From: Cladosporium halotolerans
Lineage: Eukaryota
Assembly: GCF_011745625.1 (NCBI RefSeq)
Contig: NW_027191459.1
Coordinates: 124,001 to 188,000 of the forward strand
Reading direction: 5' to 3'
DNA: 64,000 nucleotides
This document shows positions 12,976-24,776 of the stretch, piece after piece (the first letter of the stretch is position 1; the number at the start of each line of letters is the position of its first letter). Under the pieces are notes generated by a model. The model saw nothing but the letters and a program-made list of their open reading frames with translations, made no database searches and was not told the DNA's origin. Both the position numbers and the translations under genes were made by a program.

Positions 12976-14503
12976 GAGGTTGACATTGGGCCTGTGGACG
13001 AGCACGCCGGCGAGGGAGCGGGTGGGATTGGGTGTGGCCGGGCTCGCAATCGCATGCGCTTGCTTGCTTCCGCTGGCCGGTGCGTGGAGCGTGGAGGGTG
13101 GAACGTGGTGCAAGGGCAGGCCGGGCGAGAGGCGAGATGCGCAGTCTGGCGCGGCGGCGCGGCGGCGGCGGCGGATGTCGAGAGGCAGCGGGTGGCAGTG
13201 GCCGTGGGCGGTTTCAGGCGGGCGGCGGGCAGTCGAGGTGGTGGTCGCGGTGGCCGCACGTTTGGGCGTGGAGGGAGCGATTGGCTGTGTCGGGCGGCGA
13301 GCGAGAGGCGCTGCTGACGTTTGGGCGGCGGGCGCATCTGCCGGCAACCTTAATTCATCGCCGCGCTCGGCTCAGTGCAGTCACTGCAGTCCAAGTGCCA
13401 GCGTGCCGGCCTCAGGCCTCTTCCTCCTCCCACCGCGCCGGGATGGCGGCCACGCCTGCTCCACCCCCTGATGCTCCTTTGCCCGGGGCCGCGCCGCCAC
13501 GCTGTGCACTGCGCGCTGCCGTCGATCAATGGACATCACCTACATAGTTCCGCGCCGCGACGCCGACCGCCTCGAAGCCCGGCCGAAGAAGAACAACGTG
13601 GCCCATCCTCCCGCCACGTGCAGCTGCCGCGCATCGACAGCGCGCCGCCCACATCGCCTGCCAGGAGTCGTCCAGTGCACGCAGGCAGCTCGGCGCAGCA
13701 CAAACAGCGCGCCTCGTCGCCCCTCGCGCACCGCCGCTGTCCCATGCGCCATTTTGTCCGCCGTCGACGACGTGCGCAGCCCTGTGCATCTGTGCATGCT
13801 CACCGACCGCCACGCCTCTTCATCACAAGGTAAGCCAATGGCCGCCCGGAGTGCAGCAACGTGAGCTCCTCCAGCGCGGTCTGCATCCTCCCATCTACGC
13901 TGCAGACTCGCGCATACCAAGCCTGCGCTTGCAGCAACATGTGCCTGTCCGTGCGCGGCGTGCGACAGCTCTGCTCACGAGCGAGCCGCGAGCTGCCGCG
14001 GCCCCGTCATCGTTTCAGTATATCCCGCAGAACCCAACTCCTTGCCGGGATCAACAGTGCTGCCCAATCCCATGTTAAAGCATGTCTGTGTGCCGCTCTC
14101 TGGAAGAAGCCAGGCGCCGCGGGAAGTCGAGACGCACTTCCGCGCCGTTGATAAGGCTGCATGAGTGGCGCACGTACCTATGTACCTCCTCCAAACCGGG
14201 GCTATCTGCGTGACGCACCAGCTCCACTGTTTACTTTTGGTAGAGATAACGTTCTGTTGACTCCGGTTGAACTACTTTCGTTCATAGTGACACAGATATC
14301 ATAGGATGTGTTGGAGACTTGATATCAACGATGCGGTCCTTGGAGCTAATGACGAGGTTCTCTGCTCAGGCGCCCAGGCGTTGGACTGTTGAGCCTGAGG
14401 CCTCAAGTCTAGGTACCGGTCTATGCCTACATACACACGTTGCTCATGATCTATACTGCCATCAAGTAGCATGATATTAATTACTGTACATAGAGTCCAC
14501 ACA

Positions 14504-16270
14504 TCACTCCAAGAAGCTGACCAGCGTGGCCAACATCTCCTTCGAGTCTTCGTCCTCCGCGCCTTCCAGCTGCTCGCTCAAGCTCTCCTTCAGAGCCGTC
14601 AGCGAACCACCAAGCCCATCCTTCACGAAAGCCCTCGCGCACTTGTCTTCTGCCACAAGCCACGCAAGGACCACATCAGAAGTCTGTAGTCCGTACAGCC
14701 CACCGTCCAGCCGTCTCGAAAACCACTCCCCTTCCCTTTCTTCCCAATCACCAGCGTCCATCATCCGCCGCTCAAGCTTGATCTCCTCCTCAACTGCACC
14801 CAATCGCTTCGCGTACCCTCCTCGCACCTGTAAGAGCTTTCCCAACTTCTCATGATCCTTTTCCATAAACTTATTCAGCGTCCGGATACGCTCCGCCGAC
14901 TCGCCCGGCAGCCATCGCAGTAGTGACGCAAAAATGCCCAGCAAATGCTCCATTGTCGCAGGCGTCGGCTTCTTCACAAACAGGGAGAAAACAGTCTTTA
15001 ACCCACCAGCGTTGACCAGCTTCGAACACACCTCCGTAGCAGCCTCTGCGATCGCACTCCCACTGCCTCCCACGGCGTGATCAAGTGCCCGCAGCGCCCG
15101 CTGCTTGCTGAATCCGCCTTCTTTCAACATAATCAGCACCAACTCCACGCCCTCCGCTTCCACGAACGCTGCTTTGCCCGCGCTCTCATCAAGCACGCAC
15201 GTGAGCGCGTCAAACACATTCTCGACGTATTCTTCCTCCGGGCTGTCTTTGGGCGGGTCGCGTCTGCGGTAGTGTGAGAGAATTTGCAGGAAGAGGTCCA
15301 CGCCTTCGACTTCTTTCGCGAGGCGGGCGCGCAGGATAGGCGACGATTGAAGTAGGACTTGTAGCACTTCGGCGGCGTACTGTTTGTTTTGTCCAAGAGG
15401 GTTCTCAGGCGCTTGAATCCGGTTGCAGAGCCAATTGAGCACCGCCTCCGTCCCAATCCGCTCAGCAACAGCCTGCTGTCCCGCGAGCGCCTCCAGCACC
15501 GCGAGCGAATGATAAACCCCCGACCGATCCGTCTCCGCCCCCTCATCCAACCTCCCAAGATTACTCATAACCAAATCCAGCAGATCCGCCTCCAACATCA
15601 CCCCCACCAACCCCTCCCACATCCCCTGCTCGACCTCCACATCCTCATCCAGCAACTCGCCCAAAATCTCCACCGCCCCAATCGCCACGTCCGTATTCTC
15701 ATGCGCCAGCAACCCCACCAGCGCCGCAGCAGCCCCGCTCCGCGCAAACTCCCCGTACAGCCCCGCGTGCTCCGCCAGCAGACTCCAGCTCTTGACCTCG
15801 GCGTCCAGCTCCGCCTCGCTGTCCATGAACCGCGTCGGCTCGCCCTCGAACTTCGCCCGCAGCTCCGCGTTGCGCGCGATCTTCCGCTCGAAACTCCCCG
15901 CCAGCCGCTTCACCCACGCCGCGTCGATCTTCTCGTCCTCGAACTCTCCCCCTCCCTCCCCGTCCTGCGCGTCCAAGTACTCCAGCGCCGCCGCCGTGCC
16001 CCCGCTCACGCCGCCGCCGAAGAACCGGCCCTCGTCGTCGTCGCCCTCGTCGTCGTCCGGGGGAAGCGAAGGGCCGGCTTCCATATCGTCGTCTCCATCT
16101 CCATCCTCAGGCGCATCTTCGACTCTCGCGCCGTTGCGCGGCGAGCTCGAATCCGAGAGTTTGCTCGCTTTGTACGCTTGCTGCGCGTCGGGGGCTTCGT
16201 ATTTGCGTTTCGAGGAGCTGCCGCTCGGTGGGAGGTGGGGTTTTTTGAACAGCTCGTCGATCGAGGTCAT
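14504..16270 (-). CDS. CTNNBL1: Beta-catenin-like protein 1 (spliceosomal Prp19-complex associated)
   Basis: MTSIDELFK, acidic DDDEGRFFGGG, RNAELRAKF..FMDSEAELD, LLAHENTDVAI, NKQYAAEVL, FVEAEGVEL and RRLDGGLYGLQ. Intronless. Confidence 0.93.
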   Translation of the reverse strand: MTSIDELFKKPHLPPSGSSSKRKYEAPDAQQAYKASKLSDSSSPRNGARVEDAPEDGDGDDDMEAGPSLPPDDDEGDDDEGRFFGGGVSGGTAAALEYLDAQDGEGGGEFEDEKIDAAWVKRLAGSFERKIARNAELRAKFEGEPTRFMDSEAELDAEVKSWSLLAEHAGLYGEFARSGAAAALVGLLAHENTDVAIGAVEILGELLDEDVEVEQGMWEGLVGVMLEADLLDLVMSNLGRLDEGAETDRSGVYHSLAVLEALAGQQAVAERIGTEAVLNWLCNRIQAPENPLGQNKQYAAEVLQVLLQSSPILRARLAKEVEGVDLFLQILSHYRRRDPPKDSPEEEYVENVFDALTCVLDESAGKAAFVEAEGVELVLIMLKEGGFSKQRALRALDHAVGGSGSAIAEAATEVCSKLVNAGGLKTVFSLFVKKPTPATMEHLLGIFASLLRWLPGESAERIRTLNKFMEKDHEKLGKLLQVRGGYAKRLGAVEEEIKLERRMMDAGDWEEREGEWFSRRLDGGLYGLQTSDVVLAWLVAEDKCARAFVKDGLGGSLTALKESLSEQLEGAEDEDSKEMLATLVSFLE

Positions 16271-16522
16271 TGTTGCCGCGGGCGGAGGGTTGTGCCGTTT
16301 GCGAAGGTGCGGAGGGTTTTGCGATTCTGCAGATTGATTGATTGAAAGTCGAGAGCTGAGCTGAGCTTGGCCGGAGCTTCGTCCAGCGTACCTAGCGCAA
16401 AGTAGGTGCGGACCGCTGCGCGCTGCGGGGCGCGCTTCGCGTGGAAGGCGAGGCGCGTGCGCGCGCGCGCGGGACTTCACCCATCACTTTCTGGCTGCGC
16501 GGGGCAGTCGACGAATCGCGAG

Positions 16523-16529
16523 GTAAACA
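16523..16529 (+). promoter_or_regulatory. Forkhead-type site GTAAACA in the CTNNBL1/DAD3 divergent promoter
   Basis: Exact GTAAACA about 70 bp upstream of the DAD3 ATG. Confidence 0.35.
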
Positions 16530-16595
16530 CAGCGCAAAACGAAGCAATCTGTCTCTCTTCCAAAGCCCCATCGCAAAGACCACAAAGCCGCCACC

Positions 16596-16956
16596 ATGGC
16601 CTCCCCCCTCGACTCCCGCCGCCCCACCTCCTCCTCTTCTCCCTCCCAAGACCCCGAACTCTCCCCCCTCGAGCAACAGGTCCTAGACGAGTACGCGACG
16701 CTCGTCGGCAATTTGGACAACGCACGTCATTCCCATCGCCCACCTTTCTTCGCAGTTAATACTAACGGATATTCCGCAGCTGTCTGGAATCCTGGGCGAA
16801 CTCGCCGCGAACCCCTCAGTCGAGATCCTGGACTCGCTGCGCGGGCTGGAGCGCAAGACGGCGACGGTCTTCACGCTGCTGAAAGCGAGCGTGTACTCCA
16901 TCGTGCTGCAGCAGGAGATTCGGGACGAGGACGCGGGGTCGCCTTCTGGGCCTTGA
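16596..16956 (+). CDS. DAD3: DASH/Dam1 complex subunit Dad3 (one GC-AG intron, 16722-16779)
   Basis: LSPLEQQVLDEYATLVGNLDN|LSGILGELAANPSVEILDSLRGLERKTATVFTLLKASVYSIVLQQE; strong gccgccaccATGG start context. Confidence 0.92.
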
Positions 16957-17550
16957 GAAGGATTTTTTGTGAACTTGTGTTCTTTTGTATTATTTCAAGG
17001 GGCGCAGGGTGAGGTGGAGGCTGACGAGACGAGACGGCAGTTGCGCACGGGGGATGGGGGGTCGGCTTTTGGCGTTTCGGATGTTTTTTTTCTTTAGATG
17101 CGTGATACCCGGTATGGATGCTTTTGTGGCTATTGTAAGACCGACGGATTTTTTCTTTTCTTTTTGTTCTTTCGTGGATCAAGGCTCATTCGTGGCAAAA
17201 CGTAGCCGCTGCCTCTCTCCTGACTACTTATTGCGTTGATCGGTTGTGCCAGTGCGTGATTTATCCCTGAAAATGGGCTGATAGGCTCCTCTTGGCTACT
17301 GGCAAACGTCAACATCGCACCAGGGCCCCGACAGTGAAGCCGTTCAGAAGCAGCGGCGCAATGAGCCCATACGTGGTGCGTCCTCAGGCTCAAGCGCAAA
17401 GGCTGTTCTATGAAGACGCCAAGGCATACCGACGGCAATTTTTCCGAGATCAAAGACATGTGTGACAACAATTCCTGAAGAGAACCGCAGAATCCATTGC
17501 CTGCATGCTATTCATAAGTTAAACCAAGCTACCCATAAGAGCCTCACTCA

Positions 17551-19736
17551 TCAAAGCTTCGGCGCCGCGCCCGATCGATCCGTCACCACCGGCCTGCTCC
17601 CCCCACCACCACAGCACTTATTCAAATCCCTCGAAGAATTATCCTTATCCACGCTCGTCGGCGGCACCCACAGCGCCGGGTTCTTCTCGAAGAAATTGCT
17701 CGCGCGCAGCATGACGCTCAGCGGCTCGGCGGGCATGAGGGGGAAGTCCTCCGTGCGCGGGAAGTGCGTGATGCCGAACTGCAGCCAGCAGACGATGTCG
17801 TCGTTCTCGATGTTGTCGTCGCGCGCCGCCCAGTCGACGACGGTCTCGTTGTACGGCCAGCCGGGCTGGCCCGTCGACTGGCAGACGTAGTTGCCCGCAG
17901 GGAAGAGCTCGTCCTCGCGGTACTTGGTGACCCAGAGCGTGTGCCGGGTGAAGCCCGCGCGGCGCCAGACGAGGCTGCCCGGGCGGCAGAGCAGGCCGGG
18001 CGACTCGCGCGAGATGATCTTGTAGCCGATGGGCTTCTTGCAGGCTGGGTTGAGCTTGTTCGGGTTGATGATGTCCCAGGTGCGGCTGGTCTCGTGGTTG
18101 TAGTCGCAGGCGGCTTGCTTGCTGGTTTTGAGGAGTGTTTTCTTGCAGTGGAAGGCGTTGCCGTAGAGGTTACCGGCCTGTCCGACCGGGATGTCGGTGC
18201 TGACGGCATCGTTTTGCACGACGGAGTTGTTGGGGCCGTCGAGAGCGGGGTCCACGCGGAGCGAGAAGAGGTGCTGGTGGTTGTGCGCGTTGAGGCCTTC
18301 GGCGACCTGGGTGCCGTGGGGAGTTGCGCTTTCGCCGCGGGCTAGGGGGACGGTGTTGAGAATGCCGGTCAGTTTGACCTCGAGCTTGTAGGTTCCGTCG
18401 AGGGAGAAGGTGTGGTAGAAGCCGTATTCGTAGTTGGCTGCGGTGATGATTTGGGAGATGATGAGTTTTCGGTCTCTCGCCGACACCACGGTCCCGTCGC
18501 GGTAATCGGTGTGCTTGTACAGCAGGCCGTTGTCCTCCTCGTGGATGCACACGGCATTTGGGAGGACAGCGGCGTAGCCACGGCTGGTTGACATAACGGC
18601 GTCAAGGTACTTGATCGCACCCTTGCAGTCGCAGCCAGCCTTCAGAGGATTTGTCATCAGACCCATACCGTACTCACCAATGTCGAAAGCGTGCTTGCGG
18701 TGGTGAGGCAGATCAGGGTTTCCGTAAGGCACCACCATTTCTGCAACACTCAAGCGGTTGAAGATCATGCGACGGCGCTTCTCGTACATGTCGTCAACAG
18801 ACACATCGGAGATCACGATACCTTCACGGTAGTTGAACCCGATGTGCATCTTGTATCCAGCCCAAGACAGCTCGTTCCCGTTCATAGTGAACGAGACTCC
18901 CTTGGGTTGGGTGACGTCGATCGGCTTTAATCGATCGGTGATATAGCCATCCGAGATGAACTCGGGGAGGAAGTTGTGCGACTTTCGAGGCACGGGCACG
19001 CGCTTGCCATCCACACGGCGGATGTCAATACGGAGCACCTCCTCCCTCTCGGTGTCGATGACCATGCAGAAATCGAGGGGATGAGCATACTGGTTGTCAT
19101 TTTCGGACGAACGCCAGTAAGCAAGACCCTGCTGCAGGCGGCGGTCGAAACCATAGCGCTCATCAGCGCCCACGGCCCAGCCGTCGAAGTAGACCTCGTT
19201 CATGTCGTGGATGCCGATGTCTTTGCAGGCCTGGATAACACCAGGATCGGCGCGAGCAACTCGCTCGCAGACGTCCAAGTCCTCAAGAGTGAGGATGGGC
19301 ATGACATCGTCAATGGTGCGCTGGGCCAGGATGCTCTTCCTGGGCAAGCTGACGAGGATCTCATTGACCTGGCATCCGCCGTCCATAAGGACGATCACGA
19401 AGGCCTGACGTTCAGGCTTGGGGCCGACGCCATCGCGCCAGGCGATGTACTCGGCCTTGATTGGATCTTTGAGAGTAATTACGTTGAACTTCAAGGAGTT
19501 CTTCGAGAAGGTGCTCGTGACAATCTCGGCAACTTCAATGATCTCAGTGACCGTAAGCTGGTCTGTATTTGGGATTGTCAGTACGCTTTGCAGTCTTGAT
19601 AAATATGGGAGCTTTCTCACTCACCAAGAGGGTGATACGGTCGGCCTTTCTGCGAGCTCTCGGTGGACTTGAGCTCTGCCGCAGCTTCCGGGGTGTAGAC
19701 CTCGTAGCCGGCGATGATTTCGGTGTCGGGAGCCAT
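17551..19736 (-). CDS. Copper-containing (TPQ) amine oxidase with PTS1-like C-terminus -PKL
   Basis: HPL|DQLT N-terminus (intron 19563-19624), AFDIGEYG catalytic Asp, TAANYEY TPQ motif, HNHQH and THFPRTEDFP copper ligands. Confidence 0.95.
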
Positions 19737-20346
19737 GATGGAGTCGGTTGGAGGAGTTTCGAGCGAAGAGTTGCTTGTACTGTGATTGGTTCTGCGTGAT
19801 GATAAGACGGAAACATGGAAATACCTACCTGAGAAGGAGACAGGTTATATACTGAGGACCTGTCAGAGCTATCGCACACCGAGGACACCGAGCAACATGC
19901 CACCACGCATACGCATGTACCTGCCTCTTTCGAGGCCGAAACCTTCATGTTACCCTGGTCCACAGCGAAGGGCGCACCAGATGCGGCGCTTGCTCAGGCG
20001 GCCTCGGCGGCCTCGATATCGCCTGTTTGCGGTAGGTTGCGAGACCACTGAGGCATGCCTGCGCCTTATCAGCGCCGGGGCCATCCGCCACCACGCGTCC
20101 CCGCACAGCAGAACGCCTGCCTCGAGCTTAATTCGGCGCTAGGCCATGTGCCCTCTCTGCTGATCTCTTATCGTTACTTTCATGCGACATTGCCCGGCCA
20201 CGGCAGCGGCCAACTTGGCTGTGCCCGCGAGCGCAAGAGCATGTAAAGGCCAGCCCGGCGCCGCTGCTCGTGGTGTTGCCACAACAGACGGCAGACTCTC
20301 CTCTTCGAAGTCTGCCCGAAATTTTCTGCCTTCACAAACACCCGCT

Positions 20347-22011
20347 ATGGACATATCCGCCGCACCCTACGACGAACACGATGGAGGCTCCGAGAGACGC
20401 GCCGTCCAGAATGAGCACGATGCGGAAGTTCTGGAAGGGATGGGCCACTCGCAAGAGCTGGTCCGTCAATTCAACTCCTGGAGCATGTTCGCACTCGCCT
20501 TCACCGTCCTAGGCACGTGGTCGACTTTTTCGCAGAATCTGTCTGACGGTATCACCAATGGCGGACCTGTCGACATCCTCTGGGGCTTGGTTCTCGTCAC
20601 CCTTTGCAACCTTTGCGTTGCCGTCTCGTTGGGCGAGTTGACCAGCGCTATGCCCACTGCCATGGGCCAGGCTTACTGGATCTACCGCATGTGGACCACC
20701 CCAGCCGGGCGTTTCGTCTCGTACATGTGTGCCTGGATCAACACATTTGGCTGGTGGACCATCACTGCGTCCCAGGCGGCTTTTATGGCGGAGTTCATGC
20801 TGGCGTTGAAGACCCTCTACGATCCAGACTGGGCTCCTGCCGGCTACGGCTACGTCAAATTCCTTCTCTACCTCGGAGTCATTCTGCTTCTCACAGTAGT
20901 CAACGCTGCTGCTTGTCGCAAGGATAAGGTCCTCCCTTGGATCAACAACGGCGTGGGAGCTATGTTCATTACACTCTTCTTTGTCTTCTGCCTTGCACTT
21001 CTCATTGGCGTGGGCACCAAGGCTGACCTGACTTACCAGAGTGGTAAGTGGGTCTTTACTTCTTGGATCAATCAGTCGAGTTGGTCAGGCGGCACCACTT
21101 TCTTCATTGGTCTTGTTCAGGCTGCATACGGTCTCACCGCGTTCGACGCTTGCATCCACATGGTCGAAGAATTGCCCAACCCAGCCAAGACTGGTCCCCG
21201 GATCATCTGGTTATCAGTCCTGACTGGCGCTGTCACTGGCTTCATCTTCATGATGGTATGCCTGTTCTGCATTCAAAACTACGACGACATTGTCAACGCC
21301 GACTACGCCTTCATCACTCTCTGTCAAAGCGTGGTTGGAATTGACGGTGCTGCTGTCCTACTCGCTCTGTTCATCGTCAACGGCGTCGGGCAGAACCTCA
21401 GTCTCGCCACCACCGCCTCTCGCTTGACGTGGAGTTTCGCCAGAGACGGCGGCATCCCATTCTACAGCTACTTCGCCAAGGTCGACCCGGTCTGGCGATC
21501 ACCCGTCCGCGCAACCTGGGCACAGGGTGTCATCGCCGGGTTGATCGGCGTCCTCTACCTGTTCGCCGACGCAGTCCTCAGCGCCATTCTTAGCGTCAGC
21601 ACCATCGCTCTCACCATCTCCTACGCCATGCCGATCGCGGTCCTGCTTTTCGTCGGCCGAGACAAGTTGCCCGCCACCAGGTGCTTCAACCTCGGGAGAT
21701 ACGGCACAGCATGCAACATCGTCTCCATCATCTACTGCTCCATCACGACCGTCTTCTTTTTCTTCCCGGGCGACCCGAACCCCGGCGTGGCGGACATGAA
21801 TTGGGCCATCGCCGTCTTCGGCGTCATGCTCGTAATCGCCATCGGCTTCTGGTTCGTGCAGGGCTACAGGTCGTACTTGCAGACCGACACTGCCACCTTT
21901 GGAGTCGTTACGGGCCACCAGCATGATGGGATTCCTGGCAGCCCCATCAAGGCTGATGAGGATGGGCAGGACAACTCGCTCAAAAAGATCTTTTCTGGAA
22001 GATTTAAATAA
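20347..22011 (+). CDS. APC-superfamily amine/choline/GABA-type permease
   Basis: GHSQELVRQFN, NGGP..WG, SLGELTSAMPTAMGQ, FDACIHMVEE and SRLTWSFARDGGIP motifs; about 12 hydrophobic segments; intronless. Confidence 0.93.
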   Translation: MDISAAPYDEHDGGSERRAVQNEHDAEVLEGMGHSQELVRQFNSWSMFALAFTVLGTWSTFSQNLSDGITNGGPVDILWGLVLVTLCNLCVAVSLGELTSAMPTAMGQAYWIYRMWTTPAGRFVSYMCAWINTFGWWTITASQAAFMAEFMLALKTLYDPDWAPAGYGYVKFLLYLGVILLLTVVNAAACRKDKVLPWINNGVGAMFITLFFVFCLALLIGVGTKADLTYQSGKWVFTSWINQSSWSGGTTFFIGLVQAAYGLTAFDACIHMVEELPNPAKTGPRIIWLSVLTGAVTGFIFMMVCLFCIQNYDDIVNADYAFITLCQSVVGIDGAAVLLALFIVNGVGQNLSLATTASRLTWSFARDGGIPFYSYFAKVDPVWRSPVRATWAQGVIAGLIGVLYLFADAVLSAILSVSTIALTISYAMPIAVLLFVGRDKLPATRCFNLGRYGTACNIVSIIYCSITTVFFFFPGDPNPGVADMNWAIAVFGVMLVIAIGFWFVQGYRSYLQTDTATFGVVTGHQHDGIPGSPIKADEDGQDNSLKKIFSGRFK

Positions 22012-22993
22012 TTATATATGTACATCATATATCAATGTTTATACTCGGCCCCTGAAGCCAGACCTTCAGCCATTTTTTGAAAGTTAGCGTAGTGCTTTCG
22101 CCCCTATGTGCTCACAAACTGAGTTCTTCGTCGGGAAACCACTCCCATATTGCCGACAGCGTTCCCCCTACGACCTTACACTCCGTCGATGTATGTGTCA
22201 ACCCGACCTCTCGTTGACAATCACTATCGGCGCTCGCCGGACGAACAGAATTAGACTTTCCTGACATCAATCCCACTATCCGTCTCACGCCCTACGACGT
22301 GTCTCCAGCCTCATTACCCGAATCTCCAAAGCCCTAAAGACGCGGCTCGCTCGATTATTGATACCGCAATGCCAAACTCACAGTCACGCCGTCTGTCAAA
22401 CGCGACGCCATAAGGCGGCAGGCGCATGGCCGAAGCGATAGCGCCCTTATCGGCAGCACACTCTTAATCCGGCAGTTTTCCTGGCCAGCTGGTGAACTCT
22501 AATCGCTAAGCTAGGCTCGCGTGGGGAAAACATGGGGTTGGTGGAACACAAGCATTCGCTTCTGCATGGCCGTGTGGGTCTGGGCTGATACGAGGTCGGA
22601 GGGCGCGGGGTCCGAGGGCGTGTGGATGGCGAGAGAGGGTGTGTTGTTCTCGTCTGTCATCTGTCAGGCGGGAAAAGCAGAGAGGGCTCCGCGAGCAGAC
22701 CACCGGATGCACATGCGAGCTCTAAAGTTGACTTTCGGTACATCTGACCAGCGCTATGGCTGTGTTGGGAATGTCCTGCCGGAGGAGCGAGCTGATAGCT
22801 CTAGCTCTGGTGTTATTATCGTGATAGCTTCCCGGACGGTGTTTTAGTTGCGTGTGCTCTTTCACAATAATCACGCATATTTTTGCTGCCGCTCTCTTGA
22901 TTGATTGCTGTTCTCGAAGGAACCAAACAACTGCTCAAATTGGCTGATACGGAACTTGTATCTTTTTTGCGACATCACACTTGAGATATCGTC

Positions 22994-24613
22994 ATGTCTC
23001 TGTTCAAAAAGATCACGACGCCCAATGGCCAGAGCTACGAGCAGCCTCTAGGCCTCTACATCAACGGGGAGGTCGTCCCGTCATCAAGCGGCAAGAGGAT
23101 ACCATCTATCGACCCTGCGTGAGTCGTCCTGTCTCTGCACTCCCCTTTTCCGCCAGCTAACGCCACACTCAGCACCGAAGATGTGATTGCTGAAGTCCAC
23201 GCGGCTTCGGCAGACGACGTCGAGAAAGCCGTACAAGCTGCCAAAGCAGCACTGACCGATCCGTCGTGGAAGCTGCTTCCTGGGACAGACCGAGGAATCC
23301 TCATGGGCAAGCTGGCGGACCTCATTGAAGAGAACAAAGAGCTGCTGGCAGCTGTAGACAGCTGGGACAACGGTACGTACCCTTTTCGACATGGCAAGAA
23401 CCACAGCTTCAGAAGGACACATACTAAACCCCTCCCAGGAAAGCCCTACCAAGTCGCCCTGACCGAAGACCTGCCTGAAACCATCACCACCTTCCGGTAC
23501 TACAGCGGCTGGGCCGACAAGATCTTCGGCCAGACAATCGGCACCACGCACGCCAAATTCGCCTACACCCTCCGCCAGCCCATCGGCGTCGTCGCCCAGA
23601 TCATCCCCTGGAACTACCCGCTCTCCATGGCAGCGTGGAAACTCGGCCCCGCGCTCGCCTGCGGCAACACCATCGTGCTCAAACCCGCCGAGCAGACCCC
23701 CCTCAGCGCCCTCCTTCTCGCCCAGCTCATAACCAAAGCCGGCTTCCCGCCCGGCGTGGTCAACGTCCTAAACGGCTTCGGCGCAGAAACAGGCTCCGCC
23801 CTCGTCCAGCACCCTCTCGTCGACAAAGTCGCTTTCACCGGCAGCACCGCCACAGCCCGCAGCATCATGGCGCAGGCCGCCAAGACGCTCAAGAACATCA
23901 CGCTCGAGACGGGCGGCAAATCGCCCCTCCTCGTCTTCGCCGACGCCGACCTCGAGCAGGCCGTCAAGTGGGCGCACGCAGGCATCATGTCGAACCAGGG
24001 CCAGATCTGCACCGCGACGTCGCGCATCTTAGTGCAGCGCTCCATCTACCCCCAGTTCCTCGAGCAGTACAAGCAGACGGTGGCCGCCGTGTCGAAGATC
24101 GGCGACCAGTGGAGCGCGGACACCTTCCAGGGCCCGCAGGTGTCGCGCGCGCAGCTCGACAGGATCCTGTCGTACGTGGAGAAAGGCAAAGCGGAGGGCG
24201 CGACGCTGGCGCTGGGCGGGCGTGCGTGTCCCGTGGACGGCAAGGGCTTCTTCGTGCAGCCGACGGTGTTCACGGACGTGCGGGACGAGATGGCCGTGTG
24301 GCGGGAGGAGGTGTTCGGGCCTTTTGCGGTGATCGCGACGTTTGAGGATGAGGCGGAGGCGATCAAGCGCGCGAACAATAGTACGTATGGGCTGGGCGCG
24401 TCCGTGTTCACGCGGGATTTGGAGAGGGCGCATCGCGTTGCGGCGGAGATTGAGGCGGGCATGGTTTGGATTAATTCGAGCCAGGATAGCGATCCGAGGA
24501 TTCCGTTTGGAGGTGTCAAGCAGAGTGGGATTGGGAGGGAGCTGGGAGAGGCGGGTTTGGAGGCGTATACGCAGATTAAGGCCGTGCATGTAAACTTGGG
24601 GTCGAAGCTTTAG
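22994..24613 (+). CDS. NAD(P)-dependent aldehyde dehydrogenase ending in -SKL (2 introns)
   Basis: GLYINGE, IIPWNYP, FTGST, LETGGKSP, NQGQICTA and EEVFGP motifs. Introns 23119-23172 and ~23373-23437. Confidence 0.96.
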
Positions 24614-24776
24614 GTTGGTCTTATGTCCGATAATGAAGTCTTGGTTTCTTCTTCCTATTCTTGATTATAGGGCTTCTAAGGCTGATACCTGTCTATCATC
24701 GTGCCCTTGGGACACGTCAGTCCAAATTAGCGCTGCGCACTTCATACCATTACTCGCAGTATCACGACCAGCTCCC

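Noticed and set aside
16271..16480. N-terminal extension of the CTNNBL1 ORF in the track
   Set aside because: It starts at a non-ATG codon in a GC-rich divergent promoter; MTSIDELFK is the family-typical start.
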